Positions 45,714-59,250 of a stretch of 64,000 nucleotides of DNA are shown here, piece after piece. This DNA is from Toensbergia leucococca. Lineage: Eukaryota. The notes beneath the pieces are model-generated. The model saw only the letters and a program-made list of their open reading frames with translations, was not told the origin of the DNA and searched no databases. Within the stretch, counting starts at the first letter, position 1, and each line of letters opens with the position of its first letter. The DNA lies in assembly GCA_022813965.1 (NCBI GenBank), contig JALDZS010000051.1, forward strand, positions 62,001 to 126,000, read 5' to 3'. Both the position numbers and the translations under genes were made by a program.

Positions 45714-48700
45714 TCATCCTACAAAATTCACTGTACTTCCCTGCCTAGCAACCACAATTCTCTTCCATTTCTTCCCCTTTCCCTTCTCGAACCAAGTCTG
45801 CCCTTTCTCTGTTTTTTCTATTTGATTGAGAACCCATTCTTCTAATGACTTCCCATTTTCCTTCCCAAGTAAGTCGTCGGGCGGCTGGGCAATTTCAACA
45901 GCGAAGCGTAACTTGCCATTCTCCTGCACGGCACAAGACTGACGTCTTCGTTCAAGAACAGAAAGGTAACCGTCGGACGCCGGGAAGGGCGCATGGAAGA
46001 TACTTCGTTCGAAGACGTTGCACTGCGGTGTATCACCACCGAGAAGATCGTGCAGCTGCTCCCAGCACTCTTCGGCGAATGCGGGCGTTATGGGGGCCAT
46101 CATCCGGATGAGTGCACTAGCGGCGTGATAGTAAATTACGGGGTTCATATTTGTAGTAGAGGAGATATCATTCGTAAGCTTAATGAGGTCCGAGATAATC
46201 GTGTTGAGAGTGTAATCCGTGGAAAGCGATTTTGTGACGGAGTCGATGGTTCGTTGGACTCTGACCCAAAGACGAGCTTCTGCGTCTGTAAAGGAAGAGA
46301 CAGGCGGAAGAGGGATACTCGAAGTACGAGACTGATGCTGAGCCTGTGCAATTAGTCGCCACACTCGAGAAAACCAGCGCTGAATTCCAACAATTCGTTC
46401 CTCTTCCCATTCAAGAACGTCACTGACAGGCGCTTGGAAAAGAATATGGGCTCGAACGGTGTCGGCGCCGTATTTTCTGATGCATTCACTAGGCTCAACC
46501 CCGTTGTATTTGCTTTTGCTCATTTTTTCCCAGCTTATTCTAGGTATTTCGTTCGTCTGAGCTACCCTAGGCTTAGAAAGGTCACTTAAATCGAGCTCCT
46601 CTGGTTTCAGAAAACGCCCTGTCCGAGGATCTGAAAAAGTCTTGCCGTGGACCATGCCTTGGGTTATGAGTTTTAGAAAAGGCTCCCCTCTGTTCTGCGA
46701 GCCGCCACCAGCAGGCCATAACGATGTAGTGGCCAAAAATTTTGATATAAAACGTGCATAGAGCAGATGAAGTATAGCATGTTCGACACCACCAATATAA
46801 ACATCGACGGGCAGATTCGCTGCTGCCCTATCCGGAGAGAAAGGCTGGGTATTGTTATGCGGATCTGCAAAACGCATGAAATACCACGAGGAATCCATGA
46901 AAGTGTCCATGGTATCCGTATCACGCCTAGCATCACCACCACAACTCGGACAAGTTGTATTGATCCACTCCTCTGCTACTTCGAGAGGGTTTCCTCTTTC
47001 CCCTTGAAACCAATCCCCGTCCAATTTTGGTAGTTCTACAGGTAGCTGATCAACAGGTACTGGCACAACTCCACACTTCTGGCAATGAATCATGGGAATT
47101 GGAGTGCCCCAGTATCTCTGACGGCTGATCAACCAATCTCGAAGTCTCCATTTCTCTGCTTGCTTTGCAAGGCCTCCAGCTCTATCAAGGTCGGCAATGA
47201 TTCTTCTAGACGCCTCCACTGACCCAAGTCCCGCGAATTTACCGCATAATGCCGTGAGGATACCACGATGTACAAACGGCTGCGTAAGGTCTTGTATGTC
47301 CATCTTGCTAGTTTGGCTATTCGGATCATTTCCATCAGGTGCTATTGCTTGACGAACACTGCTAAAACTTTGATTCTGCCTCCAAAATGCATGATCACGA
47401 GTGTCGTGACCAGGTACCCCCATGACCGCGCCGCCTCCATAATCTTCCAGAACATACGGTGCTACATATACAGGCAGAGACTGTTGAACAATGTCGGGCA
47501 TGTCGTTGAGCAAGGATAATGGGTTAAAAGCACGAACCTCTGGTAGGAGAAATCCTACTTTGGAGTCCGCAGGTAGGGAATGCGCGTTGTCGACGAAAGC
47601 CCGAACATCCGGATGGGTGGCAATAAGACGTGTGACGATTGGATGAGAAATTGACAAAGCAAGATACTGGACCCCGCATAATGTGTCTGGCCTTGTTGTA
47701 AAGACCTCCACCATCCTCACATTTGGGTCACTAGGTGACTCGCTCTTCACCAAGAACTTAATATTGGCTCCTTCGGATTTCCCCAGCCAGTTTCTCTGCA
47801 TTGAAAGGACTCGTTCAGGCCACCTATTGTCTCTAGATAGACTTTCTAAATCTTTGAGCAGAACCTCTTTGAATTCCGTGATACGAAGGAACCATTGTTT
47901 TAAAAGTAGTTTCTCTACTTTCGCCCCAGATCTCCAGGAAATGCCGTTGGCATCAACCTGCCCATGTCAGCAGTAGCCGACATCATATCGAACGAATATG
48001 TACCTGTTCATTCGCAAGCACTGTTTTATCAACTGGATCAAAGTTGACGAGGGACTTTGCTTGGTAGGCCAAGCCACGTTCATGCAGGAGCAGGAATATA
48101 CGCTGAGTGTGTTTGAAAAAACGAGGATCACAAGTCATGAATTCCTGAGACGTAGGAGCATATATAGATTAGTCTAGATACAATCATGACTAGACCGTCT
48201 CAGAGGTCAAGGTGACCACTCAGGGCCAAGCATGATGACATACTCGACTCCAGTCAAAAGACGCACTCATGGACCGCAATTGCTCTTTCATCCTCTCAAT
48301 GTTATGTTTTGTCCAGCTTGCCGGATCCACACCTCTCTCAATGGCGGCATTTTCAGCTGGTAATCCAAAGGCATCCCAGCCCATGGGATGTAGCACGTCG
48401 TAGCCTTGCATGCGCTTGAAGCGTGCCAGCACATCGGAAATTGCGTAAACTCGAAGATGTCCTATGTGTAGATTGCCTGAAGGGTAAGGAAACATGGGAA
48501 GGACATAAGACTTCTTCGTTGTCCCTTTGAAATGGGATATTGGCTGGCTGGCTGCCTCTAGCCACCTTTGGTGCCATTTTGCGTCGATTGATGGTAAATG
48601 GAGGTGTTGCACAGAGTTCGTAGAGGCGTGTCTGGCTTCTCTTAAGATGCATACCATAAAACCACTACATGGGCCAGCTTTGCTTGCAATGATTCCATGA

Positions 48701-48714
48701 ACGGTTGGAGTCAT
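45714..48714 (-). CDS. nam2: Mitochondrial leucyl-tRNA synthetase
   Basis: [53 protein letters not shown] and KMSKS; presequence-like N-terminus; two introns near 47960-48003 and 48145-48243. Confidence 0.95.
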
Positions 48715-48842
48715 CAATCACAATGGCAAAGTGGAATTTGCATTGGAGTGGAGATTCGAGCTCAAGCACCGGAATTCCCCCTTAACCTAACATGGCTAGA
48801 ATAGAATAGCGCTGCTTACTATTCTACCTATTAGGTACCTTA

Positions 48843-48922
48843 CACGCGGTTGAAAAAACAGTCCGGTCACATGTGTGGGAGCTAAGACTCAGTTGTGACC
48901 GGACTGTTTTTTCAACCGCGTG
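48843..48922. mobile_element. 80-bp MITE-like element with perfect 29-bp TIRs and CTTA target-site duplication
   Basis: cacgcggttgaaaaaacagtccggtcaca (48843-48871) is the exact reverse complement of 48894-48922. ctta occurs at 48839-48842 and 48923-48926. Confidence 0.85.
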
Positions 48923-49164
48923 CTTACCTATGTGCTATCCCACCAACCCAAACGGTGGTGACGGTAGAATAGCTTTGATCGATCAAAGCATGCTTGACCA
49001 AATGTCAATTATCGGAGCGTTGAATATCACGAGGGGTGACGTTGAATGCTTATTGACACAGATGCGCAGGTGTTGCACTTCCAACTTGGTGATGTTGTCG
49101 CCCTTTCTACCTAGTCCATGTTGTGGATTTGTTGACCCTGCGTGTACTCTATTTCTATTTCTAT

Positions 49165-51299
49165 TTATCTACTTGATTCCACCACTGCCGGGAGCTTAGG
49201 CTCTACATCAACGCTGCTCCCGTTACGTTCCATATTATCATCTTCCAAAACATCCTCCGCTTTAAGCCCCTGTTTCCCGATCTTGAGAAACGGTACCAGG
49301 AGAACACTGACTCCGGCGCTCGCGCAGCTAAACCAGAATACCGATCGGTACGGCTTAAGCGAATACTCGGCGCCTGATGAATTGGAAGACACCGAATTAA
49401 AGACAGCAGTAGCGATGCCTAAACCGATTGTGACGCAAAGCTTAACGACCGTATTGAATACACCACCCGCCTAGAGGCCAAACGTTAGAGATTTGCAGAT
49501 CTAAGCCGGTTTTGGCAATCTTGAGCGAAGCAGTGATGATTGTGACTAAGGAGCAGTGAATAGTGGAAGGGAGATTGACGGTCTACTACTTACTGAAGAT
49601 TGCTGATGGCGAGGCAAACTCGACATGACATACATGTTGACAACGTTGAACTATTGGAAAGAAGTCAGCTTTGTTTCAGATCCATGGGCGAATAAAGCAA
49701 AAGAAAGAACAATCTATCACTATTACCTCAAGATCAGCACCAATAACAGTCAGAATTAATGCCGGAAAAATGAAGGTCCAGTAAGATGAGTCTTCGTGTT
49801 GCAATCCTAGGAGCAAAAAGGATAGCATGTAGCACACCGCACCGATGAACATGAGTACTTTGTTAGAAACACGATGGAGGATTAGGCCGGCAATGATGTT
49901 GACGATGATCCCAGCGATGGCCATTGGCAAGAGATGCACAGCTACGTTTAGCGCCGTCATGCGTTGGACGCGCTGCAAGTAAAGAGACAGATAGAATTGA
50001 GCCGAAGGAAAGGCTTCGAATCCAAGGACTAGAATGGCCATCAGCAGGGAAAAATCTCGATCGTGCCAAATATTCAGTGCCATCAACGGAGCTCTGAAAA
50101 TAGACTCCCAGTATAAGAAAATCCCAATGAGGACGAGACCAAGTATCAGCAGCTGTGGCACTTTTAACTCGAAATTCCATAAACTCAGATTCAGCCGAGC
50201 TTACCACAAGAATGTATGGAGTCACCCAGCCATGAGGGGCATCGCCAGCAAGGCTTAGCGTTGTCAGCGAGGCAAATCGTCAGAGTTGGTTTTGTGACAA
50301 GTCACCTCAAAGAGCTGGAGAACAGCGCAATTCCAGAGATTATGCAGATGGTCCCAACGATGTCAAATTCTTTCATCACATCCCAGCAGAATTTCTCCGT
50401 CTCTTGTTCATCTTTCGGCACAGTGAACACTGCAACAATCGTACAGATGAAATATAAGATGGCTAGGAACCAGAAGTTCGCCCGCCAATTGAACAGATTT
50501 GTCGCAATTCCTCCCGATATACCTATGAGTTGAATAAGCATACTTATGAAATAAGGATGTCCCCAATCGAGATAGCATACTTCCAAATACAAAGCCCAAG
50601 GGGTTTCCTGCACTAAAGCAAGCGAAAGCCGCGTTTTTCCTCTTACTTGGTTTGTCATATGTCGCGCCCAGCGTTCCGACCGCTGGGGGAACTGCAGCGG
50701 CGGAGCATAATCCAAGTAGACCGCTGTGTAACTTAGCTTATGCAATTTCAAGAAGTCGAGTGGATTTGCTGTCATCTTACTTGAAACTATCGAGAAACAA
50801 GGCACTTCGAGAGAACCCAGCAACGAGAGAGAAGACGGCGAAGAGACCAAAACTACAGACCAAAAGACTTTTGCGACCAAAGAGATCGGCAAATCTACCG
50901 AAAAAGAGAAGGAACGAGCCAGCGGTCAGACTGAGGTATCGAGGTTAGGGTAGCCTATCCTGAGCGCTTCAACGGTGACTGACGAAGAAGAGGCAGTGAT
51001 CCAGGTGATCTCTGCATTGGTCATATTCAGATCCTCACCAACGAACGAAGTAATGACAGTGGTAGACCCAATAAGAAAAGAGCTCATAGAAACTGCCATT
51101 GTCGTGGTCAAGACAAAGAGCACTGTAATCATTATTATGTGTATACGGCCCTCACTGATAAGATATATTGACCTTCCTGCACTGTGGACTTGAAGCAGGC
51201 GGGTCGGCCATTGCCATCTGACTGGAGCATTGTGGTGACGCTGGTGGCCGCAGAGCTTTTTTCAGCATCATCTCGATCACGATTAGCATTGTTGAGCAT
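49165..51299 (-). CDS. MFS drug:H+ antiporter (DHA2/Atr1-like), multi-exon
   Basis: RPACFKSTVQE N-terminal motif, ADLFGRKS motif A, NWRANFWFLA, many TM segments, C-terminal PYRSVFWF...VPFLKIGKQG. Confidence 0.88.
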
Positions 51300-51726
51300 C
51301 TTAATATCTTAATGCAACAATGACTGTTGAGAGTGAAAAAAAATTAAAAAAAGTCGGAGAATAAAATCTCATAACGCTTGGAGAGAGGGGACGTCATATA
51401 ATTGCCGATGTATCCTATCTGCCGAACTACCGAAGCAGCTAGATAATCCTTCTGCTCTAAGCATGGTACGAGGGTACGAGGGTACCTATATTGATGGAAT
51501 TGCGGGGTCTGTCTCCAAAGTGTGCTGCATTGCTGTGTTACTTCTTTCCCGAAAGTTGCTGGGTTGGGTAAATAACTCATTATTGGTTATGTATTAGGTG
51601 CGCTGGCAGAACATCCATTGGCTCTCGTAGCGTGGGACGGAGCTCGAATCCTTACCCTCCTTAGGTTGGATATCCTCTGAGTACTCTTAGATCGATAATC
51701 AATCATTTTCAAGTCACACACAATCC

Positions 51727-52905
51727 TCAGAGTTTCCAAGTTTCCCAGCCCCTGGGAACAATCTGTCTTAACACACCGCCTAGATTGCCCTGAACCTCCT
51801 TCCCGTCCTTCCACTTTTTGGCACCCGCGTAATGTTTGACAAAGCCATCCGGGCCAGAGATCAGTATTACCCTTTTGCCTGGAACATCATCCTGTGGTCC
51901 ACTTGGAGTTTGGATTGATGATGTACGGACATGTTGGAAGCAGTCCCTCAGAGTCTTCTCCGTAATATAGACTTGTTTCTCATCGACAAAGTAGTCGACT
52001 TTGAAATGGCCATGATGTCTGGTGCTTAGAGACTCCAGCTCATTCACCAACGTATTCCGAGGTGAATCCGTTGGCGAGTCTCTGTTGAGTGGCCTTTCTG
52101 CGGACCCGAAGACGCTGCTCCAGAGGCTTGATAATTTAGTACGAGTACTCTGAGGCTCCTTCAATCCTCCTAAACAATCTTCCGTACTCCTGTTTGCCCA
52201 TAAAATATGGATCTTTGGTTTTGAGCTACTATCTCTCCCTCGGTAGTGGAATAGCGTATATGCAAGCTGCAGTGCTGGTACAATTCCAGTGCCGCCGGCA
52301 AGGAATACTACCTCTGCCACGTCTTCTGGTATTTCATACTCTATGTGTGGGCCACGAATATCAACCACTGCGCCTTTTGAAAGTCTATGGAGGTATCCAG
52401 AAACCTCTCCGGCTGGTTCTCGACGAATGAGAAAACGGAGGTGGTCGGTCTCTATACTGTTGCCTTTGGCGGATTGAAGCGGAGGAACAGGCGTGTAAGA
52501 CCTTGCTATTTGAAGTTGAGGCTGCTTTACCTGAACACTCCAGATGCCAGTTTTCCAAGCCTTCTGGTACGGAGTGTCACTTTTACAGCTTGATGGTTGC
52601 TGAAGAGTAAAAATACTGCTCGTTTGGGAAACGCGTTCCTTAGCAACAAGTATGAAAGAGGAGAAAGTCTCGGGGTCCAAAGGATATTTTGGGGATTTGT
52701 GGTACAGATAAATTGCTCCAAACGATGCAGAACTAAAAGCCATACCGAATATTACAAGCCATGGGATTGTCCTTTTATCATTAAGTGAAGAACTTCCCCG
52801 GGGCGACTTCTCGTGACGGAGGAAGGATAGAGATTGTCTTGGGAAGCGGGTTGCTGTATGGGGCTGTAGCTGACATCTTGTTTGCGATCGAACAAGGTTT
52901 TTCAT
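51727..52905 (-). CDS. cyc2: Mitochondrial FAD/NAD(P)-binding oxidoreductase, Cyc2-like
   Basis: KQPQLQIARSYTP (RxYT flavin motif), GEVSGYL, RGP, LAGGTGIVP and SGPDGF; presequence plus a TM segment. Confidence 0.85.
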   Translation of the reverse strand: MKNLVRSQTRCQLQPHTATRFPRQSLSFLRHEKSPRGSSSLNDKRTIPWLVIFGMAFSSASFGAIYLYHKSPKYPLDPETFSSFILVAKERVSQTSSIFTLQQPSSCKSDTPYQKAWKTGIWSVQVKQPQLQIARSYTPVPPLQSAKGNSIETDHLRFLIRREPAGEVSGYLHRLSKGAVVDIRGPHIEYEIPEDVAEVVFLAGGTGIVPALQLAYTLFHYRGRDSSSKPKIHILWANRSTEDCLGGLKEPQSTRTKLSSLWSSVFGSAERPLNRDSPTDSPRNTLVNELESLSTRHHGHFKVDYFVDEKQVYITEKTLRDCFQHVRTSSIQTPSGPQDDVPGKRVILISGPDGFVKHYAGAKKWKDGKEVQGNLGGVLRQIVPRGWETWKL

Positions 52906-53259
52906 TTATCAGCATCGAGTCAGGATTGCAAAGAACCGTAGCCTGAGATATGAATTATGTTACTGGAATAAGAACTTAATCATCTCATCTCAAGAGAAGC
53001 TGTGCCAGCTGCGAGTGCGATCGATAGTCATTTCTTGGGCGCGAGGGCGCTAAGCCGAAGGCGGCATCGAGGATGATTCGATTTCCCCATGCTGTTCAGC
53101 CCTACCGAGTGTTCTAACAAACGTTCCAATATCACTCCGTATGATTATTCTACAAATACCTATTTCCTCCTGTATTGCTGGCCTCTCTGATTGAAAGTAG
53201 CATCGGCATAACAACTTAACAGATCATGGCTTCGAGCATAACGTGAACAAAAGCCAATA

Positions 53260-55161
53260 ATGTCACGCCTTGGCTATACAACTTTACCCGCACCATCTTC
53301 TCCTCTCCGAGATCGAGATTCCCTCGAGCTTGCGTCTCTTGCCTCCTCCACCCCAAGCCCATCGCGAGGCTCCAGGTCTTCTTCCCTTTCTGGCGTCTCC
53401 TCGTCCCGCAAAGCCTCCCTCTCCAACGATGATCCTTTATCAGCTTCCAACCCGGCCTCCATGAATCGGCCAACACCTCACAATCGCTCCTACTCCATCA
53501 CTTCCGCATTCGATTTCGCCTCCAACCTATTCCCTCTCTCTTCCACTGCAGCTAATTATACCGCTTTGGGTGGCCCGTCGGGCCCCTTAGACCTCAATAT
53601 CGCATCCCTCGAGAAGCATAAGTCACTCACGTACTTGAACGGTCTCTCCTTAATTGTTGGCACCATAATCGGCTCCGGGATATTTTCTTCTCCAAGTCAG
53701 GTGAATAGCAACGCAGGCTCTTCTGGAGCATCTCTGGTGGTCTGGACTGTTGCCGGAATATTGGCCTGGACTGGAGCAGCGAGTTATGCGGAGCTGGGGT
53801 CCGCTATCCCGCTGAACGGGGGCGCACAGGTGTACTTGACAAAGATATTCGGGGAGCTGGCTGGCTTTTTGTTCACCTGGGTCGCTGTCTTTGTGCTCAA
53901 GCCTGGTTCTGCAGCAATACTTTCAATTATCTTCGGACAATATGCAGTGCGTGCTGTAATAGGAGCAGAGGTGGAAGATGTAAGCGGATGGATAAACAAA
54001 GGAGTCGCCTTAGGGGGGATTTCCTTGGTCATAATTTTGAACTGTATTTCTACAAAGCTGGGGACCCGTATGGGAGACATGTTCATGTTTCTCAAATTTG
54101 CTGCCTTGCTAGGTATCACGGTCGTGGGCATTGTTGTGGCAGTCACAGGCTTTACATGGCAAGGCAATGCAAACACGGACTGGAAAACAAAAGGGTGGTT
54201 CGAGGGCACGAGTTCTGACCTCTCAAGCTGGGCCGTAGCACTCTATGGCGGGCTTTGGGCCTTCGATGGCTGGGACAACGTACGTCCCCTTTTCCCTCCA
54301 CTACTCCTTTCAGATCTTGTATCGTGACTGTTTATTGACTATGTCCCTCAGACCAACTACGTAGTAGGCGAATTCCTCTTCCCAAATCGTGACCTCCCCC
54401 GTGTGATTCACACCGCTATGCCACTTGTAATCCTCTCCTACCTCCTCGCCAACATCGCCTACATCTTCGTGCTCCCAGCGTCCATCCTCGAAAGTTCTAA
54501 TGCCATCGCAGTCCAGTTCGGATCCGTTGTCTTTGGTCCCCTCGGCTCACTCATTCTGGCCATAATCGTGGTCTTAAGTTGCTTTGGCGGCTTGAACGCT
54601 ACAACATTTACCTCCGGCCGCCTTGTATACGCAGCGGGCCAAGAAGGCTTTCTCCCTGGCATGTTTGGCCGCATTGGAATGCCTGGCTCAGAGGGCTCAG
54701 GCAGCCGTTTACGCAAGCGTTCTTGGGCCCATAAACGCATAGCGCGGCTCATTGGTGATGAAGAAGCTGGATTAGGCTTCACACCCATCAACGCGATGGT
54801 ATTTAATGGCATCCTCTGCGCCCTTTACATCATCGTTGGCGAATTCGATACTTTAGTAACCTTCTACGGCGTTGCGGGTTACACATTTTATTTCCTCACC
54901 GTTCTCGGTCTTATCGTATTGAGGGTCCGGGAGCCATATTTGGAGAGACCGTATCGGACTTGGATCAGCACGCCGATTATCTTTTGCTGTGTTAGTCTTT
55001 TTTTGTTGAGTCGAGCTGTCTTTGCGCAGCCGATGCAGACACTTATTGTTGTGGGGTTCGTGGGTGCGGGTGTGCCGGTTTATTACTTGTGGGTTCGCGG
55101 GAGAGGTGGGAGGAGGAAATTAGAGGGACGGGGGTGGAGATTTTGGAGGAGAGTTGGTTAG
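53260..55161 (+). CDS. LAT-family (APC) amino acid permease
   Basis: GTIIGSGIFSSP, YAELG and LWAFDGWDN|TNYVVGE; intron 54280-54351; many TM segments. Confidence 0.92.
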
Positions 55162-55258
55162 CGGAACACTGTGGCTGGACGAGACAATTGTAGATAGGGA
55201 GGATTGGATGATACCCATTGCGTATACATATATATTTTGCCTATTAAGCCAACGTTGG

Positions 55259-56344
55259 CTAGATCGCAGACACGGATGTTTCCTCAATCTTCTTAAATAT
55301 AGTCCTCCCCCACGCACTTCTCCGCAGAACAACTGCCCTCCCGTTTCCCTCTCCAACAACTCTCACCTTCGAGCCTCCAACCTTGAAATGCTCCCATTCC
55401 CCAGACGTCCCTCCGTCCGGCCAATCTTTCCATATCTCGCATCCCTCCCACCAGCGACTGCGAGTTGCCATCCAAATAACCCTTTGCGCCTGCTCTGTAT
55501 CCGCCACCTCCAACCACACAACCTTCGCCTTCACTTCCTCTGCAATCTTCAGCAATCGCGGATAAAACTCATCGCCCTTGGCGGCGTCCGCCTCATCATC
55601 TCCCCTTCCTACAACGGAAGCACGGTGATTCTCGCCCGGCACAAGCGCCAGCTTCGGTTCCCAATTGCGCACCGATCGCGATGTGTCCCTTTCATATCCC
55701 CTCGGAGACACATACGGCGGATTCGAAACTAGCACATCCCACTCTCCTCGCCCTGCGAAGGTCTCCGCATTAAAGATGTCTGCGCACTCAAACTTAATCT
55801 GTTGCGCTGTGCTGGAAAAGATGTTTTCCTCGCGGATGTTGTGACGGAGGTTTTGGGAGGCGAGGGAGATGGCTTGGGGGGAGATGTCAAGAGCGTGGAT
55901 GTTTAGGGAGGGGATGCACGGGGATAGGAGGGCGGACAGCAGGAGTGGGATGCAGCCTGTGCCGGTGCAGAGGTCAAGGATGCGTAAGGGATTTGGGGAT
56001 AAGGGCGGGATGGAGGCCGCGAGGAGGGCAGCGAGATGAGTGACATGGGCTTCAGTCTCTGGACGCGGAATCAGAACGCCCGGCTTGCAGAGTATTTCAA
56101 GGTCTCCGAACGGTTGTGTCCCGAGTATGTACTGCAGCGGCTTTCCGCGCCGGCGCTCGTGGCAGAGGTGGCCCAGGTAGGCGGAGGGGAACTTTTGGGG
56201 GTGCGGGTGTGCGAGGGTGTGTTGGCGCAGCCAGCGTAGTTCGTTGAGGGCGGAGGAGAGAGTGCGGCATGGGGGGAGAAGGAGTGGGAGGAGATGATGA
56301 ATTTTAGAGGCGCGGTGGAATAAAGGACGGGGGAGGCGGGGCAT
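55259..56344 (-). CDS. mtq1: Mitochondrial release-factor glutamine N5-methyltransferase (HemK/Mtq1)
   Basis: PLQYILG, VLIPRPETE, LDLCTGTGCI, SNPPY and EPKLAL. Confidence 0.92.
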   Translation of the reverse strand: MPRLPRPLFHRASKIHHLLPLLLPPCRTLSSALNELRWLRQHTLAHPHPQKFPSAYLGHLCHERRRGKPLQYILGTQPFGDLEILCKPGVLIPRPETEAHVTHLAALLAASIPPLSPNPLRILDLCTGTGCIPLLLSALLSPCIPSLNIHALDISPQAISLASQNLRHNIREENIFSSTAQQIKFECADIFNAETFAGRGEWDVLVSNPPYVSPRGYERDTSRSVRNWEPKLALVPGENHRASVVGRGDDEADAAKGDEFYPRLLKIAEEVKAKVVWLEVADTEQAQRVIWMATRSRWWEGCEIWKDWPDGGTSGEWEHFKVGGSKVRVVGEGNGRAVVLRRSAWGRTIFKKIEETSVSAI

Positions 56345-56583
56345 TCATGCCTTTTTGGTTTAGGGGCACTCGGAGCAGGAATTGAGTGGGGTTTCCTGCT
56401 TGTGATAGGCCCTTAGAAATGAGAATCAGGAGTTAGAAAGGCTCGGGAGGCCATCTTTTTCATATTCTACCATGGAGTCAAGCTGTAAGCGAGGCTTATT
56501 CTAGCTTCCGCTCCGCGCCCTTCAATTGTAGAGCCACTCCTCGACCTCGTCAATTCCTTCATTCTTCAAGCCAAGCCTCAGGC

Positions 56584-59077
56584 ATGGCTGTCGAAGCTCC
56601 AGATCCCAAGACCTTTGGGTCATGGGAGGAGGCCTTCCAATTTCCTGTCATCACGACTCGACAAATGGAGCGGCAGCTCCGAAGCGACATCGACTCGAAT
56701 CGAGAAAGATTGAGGACAGTGGTTGGGTATGAACATCTGGTCAATTCACAAATTGTCCGTTCTGATGTTGTAGTGTCTGGCTGATGGCTAGATGACTTAC
56801 CAGGGCAAGCTATCGTGACCTTCTTGGTACAGCGGAATCCATTATCGAGATGGACGGGCAGATGCAGGAGGTGGAAACATTGCTGGGCGGGCTGGGCAGG
56901 AGGTGTAACACTAGACTACTGGAGAAGAAAGAACAGAATCTTCGGAGATGGGAAGAGAACATCAAAGCTAAAGGTACAGTCCCATACTCAGTGGTTGAGG
57001 CTCAGCAATGTGGAAGACAGGACCTCACAAGATTCTGGCAGATAGTGAGCGAGACGCTTTTGCATCACAGCTTGCTGTCCTCCGCAGCTGCCCTGAGGTC
57101 ATCTCTAGGCTCTTAAAGAAGGGCACACCAGTTTTGCTGGCGGCAAAAGTACTGGTGATTTCTAGATTGCTGCACAAAAAATTGACGCAGCATCCAAATG
57201 CCTGTCCATACCTAGAAACCTTGCGCACTCGATTGGCTACACTTCGCCGAAGATTACTTGCTAGTATCGACAAGCGCTTCGAGAAATTAGACATATCCTC
57301 AGAAGGACTGCTAGAAGGAATGTGTTCCTTTTCTCTTGCAACAAGTTCATCGCCTACGGATGTACTTCGGCATTTTCTTCATGTCCGGCTTGAGGCTATG
57401 TCTCGACAGTCTAGAAGGCAGGGAAGTAACCGTGAGAATATACTCTGTACCCTACGACTCTATGTAAGAACTCTACAGGACACTAAAGCTATTATCCCAG
57501 AAGAGCTTGCCGCTGCACTAGGAAAACTAAAGTCCACTCCTATTTTTCGAAGTCAGGATTTGTATTCTCTCCCAGAGCTTAATCTGGATGTCCATGAACG
57601 CTGGATAGTGGGCGATATCAAGCTATTCACGCCGTACGTTCAGCATGACGGCCTTCAAACATCCGAGGCGCAGGCGTTACTTGGTCAATGGGCCAAGCTG
57701 GCCTTTTCGACCTTAAGGAATGGTCTTCAGAGCCTGCTTGAAGAGCTCAGTGACCCCTTAACGATTGTGGGCCTGCGGAAACAAATGCTCGATTTCTGGC
57801 TGTCAAAACATCGTCATTTGCCGGGAGTCGAAGCGTTCGTGGTCCTCGATGGCCTTCGAGATACATTCAATGACCGTTTCGTGAGTCTCATCCAAGACCT
57901 GTCAAAGATCTTAAATCATATTGGTTCAACCATCGAAATCACTTTGCGTGACTGGCAAAACAACGTTTCTGATTTGATGCCGTCTCTGTGGGATCTTGAA
58001 CTGACTTCCATGGGAACAGTCAAAGGAGGCAAGGCATTCAGGGAAGCTCTCGTCACTAGAAATTATGGTAAAAATAATAATATACAGATCATTTCGCGTC
58101 AATATACAAGTTGGCTTGGCAGGATTGAAGTCTTCGAGGATGTGATCAAGAAATTGAAGGAAACAAGATGGGAAGATGGTATCGATGATATTGAGGACGA
58201 CGATGACGGCTTGGATAATAAACAGATCTTGCTTAGCGAGGATGATCCACGAGTACTGCAAGAACAAATTTCAAGATCGCTTGATACAGCGTTCTCCGTG
58301 CTAGAGGACTCGATAAATCAATATGCCCTCGATTTAGATGGAGCTGATGGGGGACAGAAAGCAGTCTATCTACTTCGTGTCCTAAGAGAATTTCGGCAAC
58401 ACATGCCCAAAAGCTGTCGGAATGTTAAGGTCGGGCTAGGCTCAGTGCATAAGCTGCATCAAGTCGTCTCGGACGCAGCAATCGAAGGACCATGGGTAAG
58501 CTGCAAACAGGCAGTTACCAAATCAATTCAGAGGAAGAAGCTACCAGGCCGGCCGCTTTGGGAGGGTGATCCGGAATTGCCTGTTCTGCCTTCCCCATGG
58601 GCTTTCAAGCTGTTGCAGGATGTTGTATCGTCCATGGGAGGGTTCGGCAGCGATGTTTGGAGTCCACACGCTACTGTTGTCCTCAAGAGTCGACTTCGAG
58701 TGAGCTTGGCAACTACCATCAGGATTGGGCTACAAGCCAATGTCACTGAGAAGATGAATGGGTATTCCCAGGACGAGTCGAAAGAGTGTACCCAAGATTT
58801 AAAGGGGCCGAACGGACACGTAGTCAATGGCGACGATGAAATTTTGACGCCAGCAAGTCATGTGGACGATGACAAAATACAACGATACTTTGACTTATTG
58901 TATCTCGCCAACGCGACTGCGATGAAAGAGAATGATCTTGCAGGCGACGAGATGACGGAGGCGCAACGGGCAGCTCAGGAAGAGAGTGGCCTTGCTCAGG
59001 AGGCCACAAAGCGGATGGAAAGGGACGCAGAAGAGTATTGGAAGCGAACATGTTTATTATTTGCCTTGTTAGCATGA
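56584..59077 (+). CDS. cog1: Conserved oligomeric Golgi complex subunit 1 (Vps51/Vps67-type N-terminus); 3 exons
   Basis: RERLRTVVG|ASYRDLLGTAESIIEMD, FLHVRLEA and LPVLPSPWAF; C-terminal YWKRTCLLFALL. Confidence 0.85.
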
Positions 59078-59250
59078 CCATCTAGATACCCATCGAATCG
59101 AGTATTGCTTCTTCTTGTTCTTCGGAATCCATGAGCTATGACAATTATATAGCAGATCTCGTGACGTTGATTTAGAATACCGAGACTGGGACCTCTCATC
59201 ACTTCACTACAATGATTGACTGAACAAATCCATCTTCATACCTCTTCAAC

